From NCBI GenBank assembly GCA_965198175.1, contig OZ240245.1:3968001-4032000 (forward strand): DNA of 64,000 nt. The letters run 5' to 3'. The notes below the pieces were generated by a model that ran no database searches, was not told the DNA's origin, and saw nothing but the letters and a program-made list of their open reading frames with translations. The first letter of the stretch is position 1, and each line of letters begins with the position of its first letter. The position numbers and the translations under genes were made by a program. Shown here piece after piece: positions 1 through 10,961 of the stretch. The DNA comes from Candidatus Poribacteria bacterium (GTDB taxonomy: Bacteria > Poribacteria > WGA-4E > PCPOR2b).

Positions 1-431
1 GATAGTTCATTAGACTTGTGGCTGACGCGATCCGCTAACCCGACGGCTTCCAACGCTTCAAAAGCTCTCCGTTTTCGTTCTTTTCGCCCTACCCCACTGT
101 AAATAAGCGGTAGTTCGACATTGTGTAACGCCGTTGTCCGTGGCAGAAGATTGAACGATTGAAACACAAAACCGACCTTTCGATTGCGAATCTCAGCAAG
201 ATGATTGTCCGTCAGCTTGCCAACCTCTTCCTCCTCAAGATAGTATTCACCTTCCGTCGGCTTCGCAAGACAACCTAGAATATCCATCAGGGTGGATTTT
301 CCTGAACCAGACGGCCCCATGATTGCCATAAACTCCCCCTGTTCAACAGTAAATGAGACCCCCCGTAATGCGTGAACTTCAACGTTTCCGATTGCGTATA
401 TCATCTTTAGATTGCGGACATCAATTAGCAA
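1..431 (-). CDS. ABC transporter ATP-binding protein, LolD/MacB-like (3' end runs off the window)
   Basis: Manual translation from TTG at 431: LLIDVRNLKMIYAIGNVEVHALRGVSFTVEQGEFMAIMGPSGSGKSTLMDILGCL...GFVFQSFNLLPRTTALHNVELPL; Walker A and Q-loop present; downstream of TolC. Confidence 0.9.
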   Translation of the reverse strand, partial: MLIDVRNLKMIYAIGNVEVHALRGVSFTVEQGEFMAIMGPSGSGKSTLMDILGCLAKPTEGEYYLEEEEVGKLTDNHLAEIRNRKVGFVFQSFNLLPRTTALHNVELPLIYSGVGRKERKRRAFEALEAVGLADRVSHKSNEL

Positions 432-516
432 TTGGCTACCCTTAGGCTAGTAATTCCGTTCGTTAGGATTTGAACCTGTGAACTTTGGTTAATTTAATCT
501 GAGGTTTCTGTTTTCT

Positions 517-1911
517 TTATTGGAGAATTCCCATAGCGCGCTGCAAAGCCGCTTGTGCAATTTTATAGTCGTAGAAAGCGCGAACCTGATTCGTCAAGAC
601 GCCCGCAAATTCAGTTTGGGCATCGAGCAGTTCCAACAAGATGGCAAGTTCTTGTTCATATCGTCCTCTGGTTACTTCGAGGCTTAACTGGGCATTTCGG
701 ACTTGGGTATTGGTAATCTCCAACGCCCTTTCAGCCCTTCTTAGGCTGAGGTAGGCTTGACGAACCTCTAATGCGATGGATCGCTCAAGATCGCCGGCGG
801 TCTCATGTTCCTGTTCAAGGGATAGTTTAGCTTCTTGGGCGTGCCGTCTTGTCACACCACCATCGAAAATGGGAAAACTCAGCATCGCAGTAATGTTCCA
901 ATTCTGGAATTCCCTGAAGTTCTTGGGTTCATTGAGCGAATCATTGACGGAGAGCTCATAACTCGACTCTGCATTTAGCCGTGGCCACCGCTCCAACTTT
1001 GCCAAGGTCAAATCTGATTCAAGTTGTTTAATTCTGGCTTCAGACTCGCCAAATTCGGGGCGATTCTCAATGGCTCGTTGGACCGCTGCCTCAAGTGATA
1101 TTTGCATCGATTCGACCTTGCCCTTTTCACGATACAGCTGATACGTTATGTCCTCCGCAACCGTGATTAATGTGCCCGGATCCAACCCCATAATTCGTGG
1201 CAGATTCGCCATGGCAATCTCGAGTTCGTTTTGGTCGTTCAGCAGGTTTAATTCGTCATTTGCCTCTCTGACTTGGGCTGTCGCAACATCGGCTTCAATC
1301 TGTACCCCTGCTTGTACAAAGTCCTTTACCCGTTCGCGGTTCTCTCTTGAACGCGCTAGGATTTCCTGATCGACGTCGATTAGCGCCTGTGTTTTAAGTA
1401 CATTATAGTATGCCTGCGTCACGTCAAAAATCAGACTCCGTTTAATCCTATGGTTCCGCTGCTCGGTTACGTTGAGACTCTCTTTTGCCCGCGCAAAATT
1501 AGCCCTTCTTTGTCCGTGGTCCCATAGCGTATACCGCGCGGTGATGCCTGCATCATAATTGTGGCGAATGAACCCAGAATCAGCCTGATCGGCGGCAAGC
1601 AAACGCTCGTTGAAAATTAGATTCGAGCGATCAGAGACAACATAACGTCCGTTGATGAAGAAGTCCGGATAATAGAGCGATCGTGCGTTTTTGATTCGGA
1701 GCTCCTGAATTGCCGAATCTATTCCTGCATTTCTCATTTCAGTCGAATCTTCAAGTGCAAGCTTAATACACTGTTCAAGTGTAAGCGGTTGTGACAAATC
1801 AACCTGTTGTTGATTGTGATTCTGAGCGATTGTCTCCCAGACTCCTGTGAGCGGGGCAGAAAACAGCGCGCAAACAATAACTAGCCACATTTTATGTCGA
1901 ATCATTCTCAT
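517..1911 (-). CDS. TolC-family outer membrane efflux protein
   Basis: Signal peptide, LTLEQCIKLAL start, two OEP-like repeats, C-terminal AALQRAMG. Confidence 0.9.
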   Translation of the reverse strand: MRMIRHKMWLVIVCALFSAPLTGVWETIAQNHNQQQVDLSQPLTLEQCIKLALEDSTEMRNAGIDSAIQELRIKNARSLYYPDFFINGRYVVSDRSNLIFNERLLAADQADSGFIRHNYDAGITARYTLWDHGQRRANFARAKESLNVTEQRNHRIKRSLIFDVTQAYYNVLKTQALIDVDQEILARSRENRERVKDFVQAGVQIEADVATAQVREANDELNLLNDQNELEIAMANLPRIMGLDPGTLITVAEDITYQLYREKGKVESMQISLEAAVQRAIENRPEFGESEARIKQLESDLTLAKLERWPRLNAESSYELSVNDSLNEPKNFREFQNWNITAMLSFPIFDGGVTRRHAQEAKLSLEQEHETAGDLERSIALEVRQAYLSLRRAERALEITNTQVRNAQLSLEVTRGRYEQELAILLELLDAQTEFAGVLTNQVRAFYDYKIAQAALQRAMGILQ

Positions 1912-2063
1912 CTCCTGAGTTATTATTGAACATCCGTCTAAGGTCAGTCCGATATTGATTATGACGGAATCGAGAGTATAAAGTTTAGGGAGAAGCAGTC
2001 CTGCGATTGGACTATTCGCGCCGCCCTATAAAAGTGGCAATTGTTAGGTAAAGGTACTCATCA

Positions 2064-3608
2064 TTAGAGGCCCCAGGATTCCCAACCTGATCGATGATAG
2101 AACAGCAATATGGGGGTCAGAAGCGTATTAACCTGTGTCTCGATTTCCTCAATATCTTTGTCAAATGTAAAAACGGACGCAATTGACGCATCTGATAGAA
2201 AACGCGTGGGCACGGTAATTCTAATCCGATTTGGATTGGGACGCCATTCACCAAAAAAATTAAAACCCCACTCACCAAAGCTCGGCACATACACGTGGTA
2301 AGGGATTGCATCGAATCCAGCCGCTTCGATGGTCTGATGGATACACCAAAAGGCTTCCCGTGCAAAGTAGGGGGAAGAACTCTGCGTCACAGCAAGTCCA
2401 TCTCTAGTAAGGTGGTGTTTGACAAGTTGGTAGAACTCTCTTGAGTAAAGCGATACCAACCCTTCATCATCTGGATCCGGCAGATCGATAACAATGAGGT
2501 TATAACGCTGCTCCGCCGTCTGGAGAAACCGCTGCGCATCCTGGTTAATCACGTGCACCTTCGGATTCTGGAAGGCATCGCGGTTCAGTTGACGGAACAT
2601 AGGATCTCTACGCGCCAGACTCGTAATCATTGGATCGATGTCAACTACTGTTACCGAATTCACATCATTGTATTTCAAGATCTCTCGTACTGCAAGCCCA
2701 TCGCCGCCGCCGAGCACAAGTATCTGCGATCGTGACGGGATAAGCGAAGCCGCCGGATGAACAAGGATTTCATGATAACGGTGTTCGTCCATCGTGCTGA
2801 ATTGCAAACGTCCGTTGATGAAAAGGCGAATATCGTCTTTCCAACGGGTTAGAACAATCCGCTGATATTTGGAGGTTTTTGATAAAATAATTTTGTCCGC
2901 ATAGATGCGCTGCTCAAGATAACCGCTGACTGGATTGCTGATTAACAACCCGCCCGCTAGCCCGAAAGCGATGAGCACGCTCACAAGCGAGATTGACTTC
3001 AGATGTTGAAATTCACGTCGAAATAAAATCAGGTTGCCGAAGACAACAGCAAGATTGGCGAGTGCCATAACCATTGATGTGTCAAAAATTCCGACCACAG
3101 GAAGCAGCAATAGCGGGAAGGCTAGTGCACCAATCAATCCGCCCAGATAGTCAAAGGTCAAGACGTTCGCTAGGGCGATTCGTAGAGGGGTGTATTCGCG
3201 GAAAATACGTGTCAGCAGTGGGAGTTCCAGCCCGGTGAGCGTACCAATCAGAATAATCAAACTCCACATTATCGGCGTGTAGAAAAAATTAAAGCTGTAG
3301 GCTGCAAAGAGAAGCGGGCAGGAAAAACCGCCGATGCATCCGATCGCCAATTCAACGGAGATAAAGGTGGACATAAGTCGCCGGGTAAGATATTTGGAGA
3401 GGTAAGATCCAACGCCTAAAGCTGTCATAAACAGCCCGATGGTAATCGAAAACTGATAGACGCTGTTACCCAGCAGATAGGATGATAAGCTCCCGATGCC
3501 GAGCTCATAGACAAGCGCGCAAACAGCAATGATAGAGGTAGAGAGCAATAGTATGACGCTTCGAGACCTAGCAGATTGAAGCATCGGTTCGGAGGGGTTT
3601 GCGTTCAT
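2064..3608 (-). CDS. speE: Polyamine aminopropyltransferase (spermidine synthase) with N-terminal multi-TM domain
   Basis: TM N-terminus (LVYELGIGSLSSYLLG), then DEHRYHEILVHP, VLGGGDG, VVDID, IVIDLPDP, VPSFGEWGF. Confidence 0.9.
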   Translation of the reverse strand: MNANPSEPMLQSARSRSVILLLSTSIIAVCALVYELGIGSLSSYLLGNSVYQFSITIGLFMTALGVGSYLSKYLTRRLMSTFISVELAIGCIGGFSCPLLFAAYSFNFFYTPIMWSLIILIGTLTGLELPLLTRIFREYTPLRIALANVLTFDYLGGLIGALAFPLLLLPVVGIFDTSMVMALANLAVVFGNLILFRREFQHLKSISLVSVLIAFGLAGGLLISNPVSGYLEQRIYADKIILSKTSKYQRIVLTRWKDDIRLFINGRLQFSTMDEHRYHEILVHPAASLIPSRSQILVLGGGDGLAVREILKYNDVNSVTVVDIDPMITSLARRDPMFRQLNRDAFQNPKVHVINQDAQRFLQTAEQRYNLIVIDLPDPDDEGLVSLYSREFYQLVKHHLTRDGLAVTQSSSPYFAREAFWCIHQTIEAAGFDAIPYHVYVPSFGEWGFNFFGEWRPNPNRIRITVPTRFLSDASIASVFTFDKDIEEIETQVNTLLTPILLFYHRSGWESWGL

Positions 3609-4144
3609 ATCAGTTCAATCTGTGTTTGCGTCGTAACGATTCCGAATTCGTTCGGATAGGTATGGCAGGTTCGTATCCGGATGTGCTTCGGTTGGCAAGC
3701 ATACTCAATGAGCGTCAAGGCAGGGTGGTCAAAGCCGAACGATTCCCCCGGAAATTCATGGTAAACCCCTGCCTCCTTTCGCTTATGTAGCAGTCGGGAG
3801 CGCTGTAAAAAGTCAGTTGGTGTGAACTGTTGTATCTCCCAATCAATTGAATATCGCAAATTGGTGCGGCAAACTGCTTCGCCTCCGGATTCACGCAGCC
3901 GCTTAACACACAGTACAGGCGTTTGCATGTTGTCAATCGTTGAACAAGCAACTACCTCTGTTAAGGTGGCAAACGGCGTGACGATAGATAGGGCGTGACT
4001 CGTACTCACCACACGTAAATCTAGTTGATAGTCTGATTGATGAAGGTGCTTATGTTTCAGGACTTCTATGTTGTCAGGTAGATTCTCTGTTTCCAAAAGA
4101 TAAAAATTCAGTTCGGAGATAGACTGATTCTGATACCGTGTCAT
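3605..4144 (-). CDS. DUF2617-like protein, translationally coupled to speE
   Basis: 4-bp overlap with speE; motifs STSH, TEVVAC, HEFPG, ALT, TCHTYP recalled from the family that accompanies membrane speE. Confidence 0.6.
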   Translation of the reverse strand: MTRYQNQSISELNFYLLETENLPDNIEVLKHKHLHQSDYQLDLRVVSTSHALSIVTPFATLTEVVACSTIDNMQTPVLCVKRLRESGGEAVCRTNLRYSIDWEIQQFTPTDFLQRSRLLHKRKEAGVYHEFPGESFGFDHPALTLIEYACQPKHIRIRTCHTYPNEFGIVTTQTQIELI

Positions 4145-4241
4145 GAAAATTTCCCCAGCGTCATATTATCTCGTGGAATAGAAAAGAGCCATTGTGTTTT
4201 TTGCTATGTATACCATGCTCCTACTTGTGTTTCAATATAAA

Positions 4242-4270
4242 ATTTTAGCATGCGTGTTTTTGCGGGTCAA
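4242..4270 (-). promoter_or_regulatory. Sigma-70-type promoter for the DUF2617-speE unit
   Basis: TTGACC-17 nt-TAAAAT on minus strand. Confidence 0.55.
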
Positions 4271-4294
4271 CAGAAATCGATATTGAATCAAGCC

Positions 4295-4323
4295 TTGACA
4301 TTGCGTGCATTTCACGTTAGAAT
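4295..4323 (+). promoter_or_regulatory. Sigma-70-type promoter for the 4438/5279 gene pair
   Basis: TTGACA-17 nt-TAGAAT. Confidence 0.7.
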
Positions 4324-4437
4324 TAAACTTGTATTTTTGGGGCTGTGCCAGCCATCAATCAATTACAACGAATCACGTCTTGCACATAGACTACAACCGC
4401 CTCGGAACACAAGTGCGCGTTTTTTTCTCACAGCCAA

Positions 4438-5304
4438 ATGGAGAACCGCGTGACCCAAGCAAAACTCGTTGACTCATATCAAAAAGCCAAGAAATTGTTG
4501 GCAATGCCTACACAGGCAGCGGAGGCGTTGTTTCAAAGCTATACAACGGGGCAGCAAGTAGAGATAATTTCATCTACGCGGAACGCTAGAGACCGTGAGG
4601 AACTGTATTACCTCGTGGAAGATTGTACGGAGCTTGTCCAAAAAAGCCCAACAGAAGATGTGTTGCAAATTTTGGATACGACGCTCGGGACGGGCCTCGC
4701 ATCGGTAATGTTACAATGCCTTTCGCCAGAACAGTTTGAAGAACTAATGGATTTGACACTCTGGCGGAACGGCAAACTCGATGAAAAATCACTAAATCTC
4801 TGGCTTTTTGAGCTATCGGAATGCGACCGTGATGAACTTGGAAATCTACTCTCTCGGGTGGATGTCAGGTTAATAGCCAACATGCTGCGCAATCGGGTTA
4901 AGGTAAAAACAAACTACAAAGCACTGTTTATCGAGGCGGGTTTGATTGATCCGGCATCGAAAGAGATTGTGTATGCGGACGAGCGGGCAAGAGACATTAT
5001 AACAGCTATCTGGGAAGCAGATGAAGAACTGTTCACACGTCTTTTGCGTGAAATCTTCACGCTGGAGGCTAGTGCTGCCGATCGTGAAAAAATAGATTTT
5101 GAACCCGATCGTGTACTTGGACAAGTTAAAGAGCAACGCGATGAACGGGTTCGAGAACGTGATTTAGCGACTGGCATAGATATCACTGAGGAGGAAATTC
5201 TTGAAAAGGTCGATCTTGATAATCTGAATCTAGTGGGCGACAATCCGGACGAGGCACCTGAGAAATCTAATATAGAAGATGACGAAGAACAAAGAAATAC
5301 TTGA
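4438..5304 (+). CDS. Hypothetical protein resembling the N-terminal half of DUF6178
   Basis: 288-aa ORF; EELYYLV...LSPEQFEELMDLTLWRNGKLD..LNLWL; acidic tail. Confidence 0.6.
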   Translation: MENRVTQAKLVDSYQKAKKLLAMPTQAAEALFQSYTTGQQVEIISSTRNARDREELYYLVEDCTELVQKSPTEDVLQILDTTLGTGLASVMLQCLSPEQFEELMDLTLWRNGKLDEKSLNLWLFELSECDRDELGNLLSRVDVRLIANMLRNRVKVKTNYKALFIEAGLIDPASKEIVYADERARDIITAIWEADEELFTRLLREIFTLEASAADREKIDFEPDRVLGQVKEQRDERVRERDLATGIDITEEEILEKVDLDNLNLVGDNPDEAPEKSNIEDDEEQRNT

Positions 5305-6262
5305 AAGCGATGCCCTAATTCAATATAACAATCGTCTGTTTTTCGCACAAACGCTCGCCCATGGGCAAAAGACGGGGGAAATTACACCAGAGAGAATAGA
5401 TGAAATTCACAAGGATACTGCCGTACTTTCTCACAAGCTAATTGCGATTAGAGTGGAAGATTTCACATCGTCTACAGCAATTCGAAAACATGTTCAGGAA
5501 GCGTTTGCGCTAACAAGTATAGGATTGGAGTACGGCAGCAAGGGCGATTTGGGTAAATCCGTCCGTTTACTGAATAAGAACCGCACGATTAAGTTTTTCC
5601 AAATCGGCAATACGCTCGTTGATAAATTAGTGATACGTTCCCAGAATACCCTTGAAACGTCAAAGCTCACCGCTCCAGAGCAGCCAGCGTTGCCGGCTAC
5701 TGTGCCAGAGGAGATTCAAGTTTACAATGATTTGGAACGCGAATTTCTGGAATCTATTTCTGAGCGAAAACTAGTGATTGACGCTGCCCAGGTAGTGCTT
5801 CATCAGGTTTCACCACCACGTCCGTTAACCAGCCTTGAGGACATAGCGATTGCCAATCGACAGTTGGATGACCTGGACTGTCGATTGAACTATTTCCAGG
5901 CGCTTCCCCAGGAAAAGGTTTTCGCTCCTGAATACCTCTTTCCCATTAGCGGCGACATCCCTCAACAGATTACGCAGTCATTGATGGTCAACTTAATTCT
6001 GTATCGCGAGATTGATTTTCACCTCGCGCCTGAAGATTGGAACAATTTTCATGATATTGCTTATGATGCAGCGGATGACACCATCAAAAAGGATACGCGC
6101 GACCGACTGCTTGGCTGGATTGGGCACTATCTTGATAGGATGGGACAAGCGGATGAAGTTAGAAAATACACCATCAAATACTGGCGATATTGCTTAAAAC
6201 AAGTGGAAACAGAGTTGAAAAGCAAGCCAAGGCACGAAGCTGTTAATGTTTCACGCTCCTGA
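5279..6262 (+). CDS. Hypothetical protein resembling the C-terminal half of DUF6178
   Basis: 327-aa ORF overlapping the previous by 26 bp; SIGLEYGSKGDLGKSVRLL...KFFQIG. Confidence 0.6.
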   Translation: MTKNKEILESDALIQYNNRLFFAQTLAHGQKTGEITPERIDEIHKDTAVLSHKLIAIRVEDFTSSTAIRKHVQEAFALTSIGLEYGSKGDLGKSVRLLNKNRTIKFFQIGNTLVDKLVIRSQNTLETSKLTAPEQPALPATVPEEIQVYNDLEREFLESISERKLVIDAAQVVLHQVSPPRPLTSLEDIAIANRQLDDLDCRLNYFQALPQEKVFAPEYLFPISGDIPQQITQSLMVNLILYREIDFHLAPEDWNNFHDIAYDAADDTIKKDTRDRLLGWIGHYLDRMGQADEVRKYTIKYWRYCLKQVETELKSKPRHEAVNVSRS

Positions 6263-6311
6263 ATTTTGGTTCCAACCCACCCGTCAGATACGTGATGTTG
6301 TTTCTGTTACA

Positions 6312-9035
6312 CTAGCCGCTCCGCCGTTTCCATATCGACACACTTCCAATCTCCACATCTGGTCCATACTTCGATCGAATATACTCAGCGACCAGTGGAA
6401 CTCTATCCACAGTTGGAATGCCATCCGGAGCGTTACCCCACCCGCTTCCCGTCTTGAAGATAACATACTTCGGCTTCGCTTGTTCTAGGTCCGCAATAAC
6501 TTCTTTCTGTAGTGGTTCAGGAGAAGCATAGACAACTAGAGGAAACCGTGTTGGGTTAGGTCTATCGGCAAGAAAATAATAGGCGCCCTGATTTGATAAG
6601 TCAAAGATTGGCTCAGCAGGTGTGGTATTTGCCTGAAGATATGCGACAACCCTCTCAATCTCCTTTGCTTGAGTAGGAGGGGTAAGAACACTTCCCACAC
6701 GTTCAATGCGAGGTTCAACGTACTCTTCATACTGCGGTGGTCTGGCTCCGTATTTCGTCAGACGCATCAATGCCCCTTCAGCGATTGCGAGTGGCTTGTA
6801 CAAATCGGCTTGAATATAGCAGAGAACTCCTGCCAGGATAACCAATGGGAAAGCAAACCGAAGAACACCTGTTGAGAACCAATGCACACTAGACACAGCG
6901 TTAGACAATTCTTTGGAATTATCTTCTGCTGATTCTGTTGGGTGCGATTTGCATGTGCGCAAGCCCCGTTCAAGGAAAAAGAAGCAGATGAGCCATAAAT
7001 ATGCCAAACTGAACGTAATGTGGTGCCAATCTGAACGGCCCAAAGCTGTACGGAAACAGATAATTCCAGCCAGTAGAACCAGTAGCAGTTTCCACTCCGT
7101 TATTCGTCCTTGATTGGCGATGGCATGAAACAGAAGGAAGGTCAAGGTCATCAAGTAAATAAGAACTGGGAAATACCACATAAATGGCTCACTTAAAATA
7201 AACTGGGAAAACGTAACGAGGGAAGTAACTTTTGAAAGTTCCGGCGATATGGAAATAAAGCGTGTTCCAAAGATTGGGACGTGGTAGACGGCTTGTATCC
7301 ACGACCCCTTTATCACATCGTCAATTGCGCCGTGTGCGCCAAAATAGATAAGGAACGGCAGAAAACCGATAAGCACGCCCAACTTATACGTGAGGAACGG
7401 CGACAGAAAGAATCTTTTTCCCTTTCTCCCATTTCTGTTTGGGAAAGCAGTCTCGGGCCACTCCCCCCGGTTGGAAATGAAGTCAAATATAAGCAGAAAG
7501 AGGCTGGACGCTGCCCATGTATATAAACCGACATCTAGACTGTTAAACACCGCCAGCGGTGTGCAGATTCCTGCCGAAATGAGGAGCGGTTTTCCAGACA
7601 TAACTCCTTTGTTCAACCAACGACACAGCAGCGCAATCGTGAGAAAGCCAAAGATATGTCTGTCTGTTGCTGGAAGGTACGCACGTGTAACACCTGTGTA
7701 CACTGATGTCCCAATCGCAATTAGAATGAAGACGAAAGTGAATAGATGGGCAGTGGATCGCCGCTGAAAAAATTGTAGTGCAAGCAGATAAAAACACACG
7801 TATCCCAGAGGATACACGAGATGATAAATGCGTCTATCTGCTTCAAGCGTCTCCCCGAAGAGTTTCATCCCGAGCAACGATTTGTAGGCATTATGAAAAA
7901 GCCCATGCAAGAGGCGTATATCTCGATACACAATTTCGCCCCGAAGCAGTTCGTTGACAACCCCTACTCGTTCCCCTTCGTGGAATAGATCAATCCCACC
8001 CGTATGCCACGCATGATTGAGACGGAAATTGCTATCATACAAAAAGACATAGATGAGCCCTGAAATCATGATGACATTCAGTACAGAGACGGCAACATGC
8101 GCCTCAAGGGCGCTGCTAGACGAACGAAGTTGAAAAAAAACGAGGATTTTCAAAACGACAAACGCTATGACGACTATAGCCGCCAGGATGGTTGCCGCGC
8201 CCTTGACTTCAAAGAGCACAGCCAGCAGCAGAAGTAGGAAGGTTGGAAAGTAAGTCACCGCATCACACCGGAGGACATCAGCGAAGCGGCAGCCCGTCAA
8301 ACCGCTTAACAACACCGAATAAACCAACCAGAGGGTCCATGTTCCCATGACCATAAAAAGCAACAACTCCCAACACTGGAGCGGTGTTATATCCTTTGGC
8401 CCCCCACGAATGAGCAGAAAAACTGCCAAACACACACCACTAGCGATTGGAATGCCGTGAAACCTCAAATTTTCTCTCGCCCAAAGCACAGAACCAACGC
8501 CAATTTCCGCAGTTGAGATATCTGCTTCCGGTTTATTAGTGTCTTTTCTTTTGATTGCTAACAGATGGAAAGCCAGAAGAAGCCCTTGAGCAATAAGGCA
8601 AAGCAGGAGAGGAATTCCCACAATTCCCATATGTGTGTTAGGCAAGTACCCCTTTTCCAACACTAACAGCAAGGGAAGATATGTGAATGCGTGTTGTCTC
8701 AAGATGCCTTCTTGAGATCGCTTCCCCCAGATCGCACAGAGCGTAGAAAACACAAGCCAGAATCCACAAGCCAAGAGAGTAAATAGCGGCACGAAAATCA
8801 TGGATGCCATGTAGTTTACAATTTCCTGACGCTTTAGATAATTATTTACTGAAACCCATCCCACAACCTCCGTCAATTCATCGAATCTTCTTTGGCTCAG
8901 AAACTGCAAATGTTCTTTGAAAGCGAAACTGAGTGCCAAAGCGAAGACAAAGCTGCTGAAGGCAACTATCGCCGTAAAAAGTTGGTTCCTAGGGTGTTGT
9001 GCGAGATTGAACGTATTACGGATGGCGTCGCGCAT
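6312..9035 (-). CDS. Large polytopic membrane protein, probable GT-C (ArnT-like) glycosyltransferase
   Basis: 907 aa, many TM segments; DLFHEGE...GEIVYRD..HG and C-terminal YYFLADRPNPTRF...KPKYVI soluble domain. Confidence 0.6.
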   Translation of the reverse strand: MRDAIRNTFNLAQHPRNQLFTAIVAFSSFVFALALSFAFKEHLQFLSQRRFDELTEVVGWVSVNNYLKRQEIVNYMASMIFVPLFTLLACGFWLVFSTLCAIWGKRSQEGILRQHAFTYLPLLLVLEKGYLPNTHMGIVGIPLLLCLIAQGLLLAFHLLAIKRKDTNKPEADISTAEIGVGSVLWARENLRFHGIPIASGVCLAVFLLIRGGPKDITPLQCWELLLFMVMGTWTLWLVYSVLLSGLTGCRFADVLRCDAVTYFPTFLLLLLAVLFEVKGAATILAAIVVIAFVVLKILVFFQLRSSSSALEAHVAVSVLNVIMISGLIYVFLYDSNFRLNHAWHTGGIDLFHEGERVGVVNELLRGEIVYRDIRLLHGLFHNAYKSLLGMKLFGETLEADRRIYHLVYPLGYVCFYLLALQFFQRRSTAHLFTFVFILIAIGTSVYTGVTRAYLPATDRHIFGFLTIALLCRWLNKGVMSGKPLLISAGICTPLAVFNSLDVGLYTWAASSLFLLIFDFISNRGEWPETAFPNRNGRKGKRFFLSPFLTYKLGVLIGFLPFLIYFGAHGAIDDVIKGSWIQAVYHVPIFGTRFISISPELSKVTSLVTFSQFILSEPFMWYFPVLIYLMTLTFLLFHAIANQGRITEWKLLLVLLAGIICFRTALGRSDWHHITFSLAYLWLICFFFLERGLRTCKSHPTESAEDNSKELSNAVSSVHWFSTGVLRFAFPLVILAGVLCYIQADLYKPLAIAEGALMRLTKYGARPPQYEEYVEPRIERVGSVLTPPTQAKEIERVVAYLQANTTPAEPIFDLSNQGAYYFLADRPNPTRFPLVVYASPEPLQKEVIADLEQAKPKYVIFKTGSGWGNAPDGIPTVDRVPLVAEYIRSKYGPDVEIGSVSIWKRRSG

Positions 9036-9629
9036 ATTAAGACCTTAGTTCTTTAGCGCATCCTTGTGATGGTTTTTCTGAGTGATATAGTTATCCAGAT
9101 TTTACGGGATACGCAGGATTTGGTTTGCTAGAGGATCGATATGCAGTCTATCAGAAGATAAAAGGAGGGGTCAACATCAAAAAAATGACTTCTGTATGGT
9201 AATAATCCGTAATCGTCAAAAATCCTGCCAATAAAGACCAACTCGGCTTTAGACGAGTATGCAGGAAGATGTAGATTGCCCCCGTCCCGTGTGCATTATG
9301 TGCTTTACGAGTGACCCATTTGTATCGATCAAATTCCTGTAAAAAATAACGGAGTTGGAAAAGGATGGGCGAGACGCAATGATGAGGATGCGACATCCGG
9401 CAGAAGACGGAATCGCCCATGATTACGCCAATTATCGGAGTGTGCAAGGAAGGGGTGGATTAGCGCGTAAAATTATTTCTATATGAACTTCCCTCCGGAA
9501 AGCAACAGCTTGCACCGTGTAGCGAGGAACGTCTATGAATACGGCATGCACGTAATGGTTGAGTATCTCTAACAAGGAGCATAAAGAACAATCTCGTAGT
9601 TTGGTCAATGTTAGTTCCAGTTAACCAGC

Positions 9630-10412
9630 TCATTTCTCTCTTGCTTTAGCTTCTTCCCAAATTGCATCTAGTCCCGCCAGGTCATAGTCCTTGAAAGTTT
9701 GACCTCGGCTTTCAAGTTCAGTCTCCACGTGTTGAAAACGATTGACAAACTTGCGATTAGATTTCCGTAACGCCTCTTCTGCCTCAACCCCCAAAAAGCG
9801 GCACAGATTTACAATCGAAAACAGCAAATCTCCAATCTCCATTTCGATTGCTTCTTCATCCGCCGCTGTGATACTCGACTTAAGTTCTTGAATTTCTTCC
9901 TCGAGTTTTGGGAGCACATCAGAAACACACTCCCAATCAAAGCCGACGTGAGCGGCTTTGCGTTGAATCGCTTGCGCCCGCATTAGGCTTGGTAGATGGT
10001 TTGGAATCCCGTCGAGAACAGAGCGACGATCCTCGTAGCCTGCTTCGTTTCGTTTAATCTCTTCCCAATTCTTTAGCACTTCTTCTGTAGTCCCAACATT
10101 AATGTCGCCAAAAACATGGGGATGGCGGCGGACGAGTTTTTCCGTAATCGATTGGATGACTTCGTTGATGCTGAAAGCTCCACTGTCCTTGGCAATTTGC
10201 GCATGCAACATCACCTGCATGAGGAGGTCACCGAGCTCTTCCTGCAATTTCCTCGAATCTTTCGCATCAATTGTTTCGATTACTTCATAGACTTCCTCGA
10301 GTAAGTCTGGCTTCAATGTTTCGTGCGTCTGGGCTCTGTCCCACGGACAACCGTTCTCGCTGCGTAGCGTAGCAACCACCTGGACGAGCTTGTCAAATAA
10401 TTCCTTGTGCAT
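9630..10412 (-). CDS. mazG: Nucleoside triphosphate pyrophosphohydrolase MazG
   Basis: GCPWDRAQTH, EEVYE, EELGDLL, RRHPHVF, GFDW, EIGDLLF. Confidence 0.95.
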   Translation of the reverse strand: MHKELFDKLVQVVATLRSENGCPWDRAQTHETLKPDLLEEVYEVIETIDAKDSRKLQEELGDLLMQVMLHAQIAKDSGAFSINEVIQSITEKLVRRHPHVFGDINVGTTEEVLKNWEEIKRNEAGYEDRRSVLDGIPNHLPSLMRAQAIQRKAAHVGFDWECVSDVLPKLEEEIQELKSSITAADEEAIEMEIGDLLFSIVNLCRFLGVEAEEALRKSNRKFVNRFQHVETELESRGQTFKDYDLAGLDAIWEEAKAREK

Positions 10413-10526
10413 CGTTATACGAATACCCCTGAGAAAGTGTGCCTTTGTCCCAAACTGCCATCATTGATTGAACACAGTATTTCTCCCAAACAAGCTGACA
10501 GTATATTTGATTCCTACTGATTTATC

Positions 10527-10554
10527 ATTATATCTGATTATAAACGTTTGTCAA
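10527..10554 (-). promoter_or_regulatory. Sigma-70-type promoter for mazG
   Basis: TTGACA-16 nt-TATAAT on minus strand. Confidence 0.55.
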
Positions 10555-10617
10555 GTTGGAAGTCCACAAAATCATTTATCGCGGATTTCTGAACATCACA
10601 GTGTGTATTGAAAATGA

Positions 10618-10646
10618 TTGACGCCCCCAATGAGGCATAGTAAAAT
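10618..10646 (+). promoter_or_regulatory. Sigma-70-type promoter, LamG gene 1
   Basis: TTGACG-17 nt-TAAAAT, conserved in the duplicate at 11873. Confidence 0.7.
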
Positions 10647-10961
10647 TATAAATACAAACAAATGATTTTTGGACAAATTTCAGTACGCCCGATAGCTGTT
10701 TCGATAATTACGCAATCGAGAGCACGTCAACTTGCCAACGGAAAACTAGTTGAGTTTCGTGCGAGCTTTACTGATTGACCGTACGCGCGCAAAATGGCCG
10801 CTCTCCCGCCGTTTCTGTCACAGCCCACTGTGAAATTGTCAAAACTTTAGTGAGTAGGGTATTTGCAGTTACCAAGCAATCTGCTAATTGTTAATAGTTA
10901 ACAATTGCTAATGATGGGAAGCGAATGTGACTGTCCCCCAAGATAAAGAGGAGGAATCGGA

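Noticed and set aside
9151..9447. 98-aa ORF between the membrane protein and mazG
   Set aside because: No RBS or recognisable motif; cannot be supported
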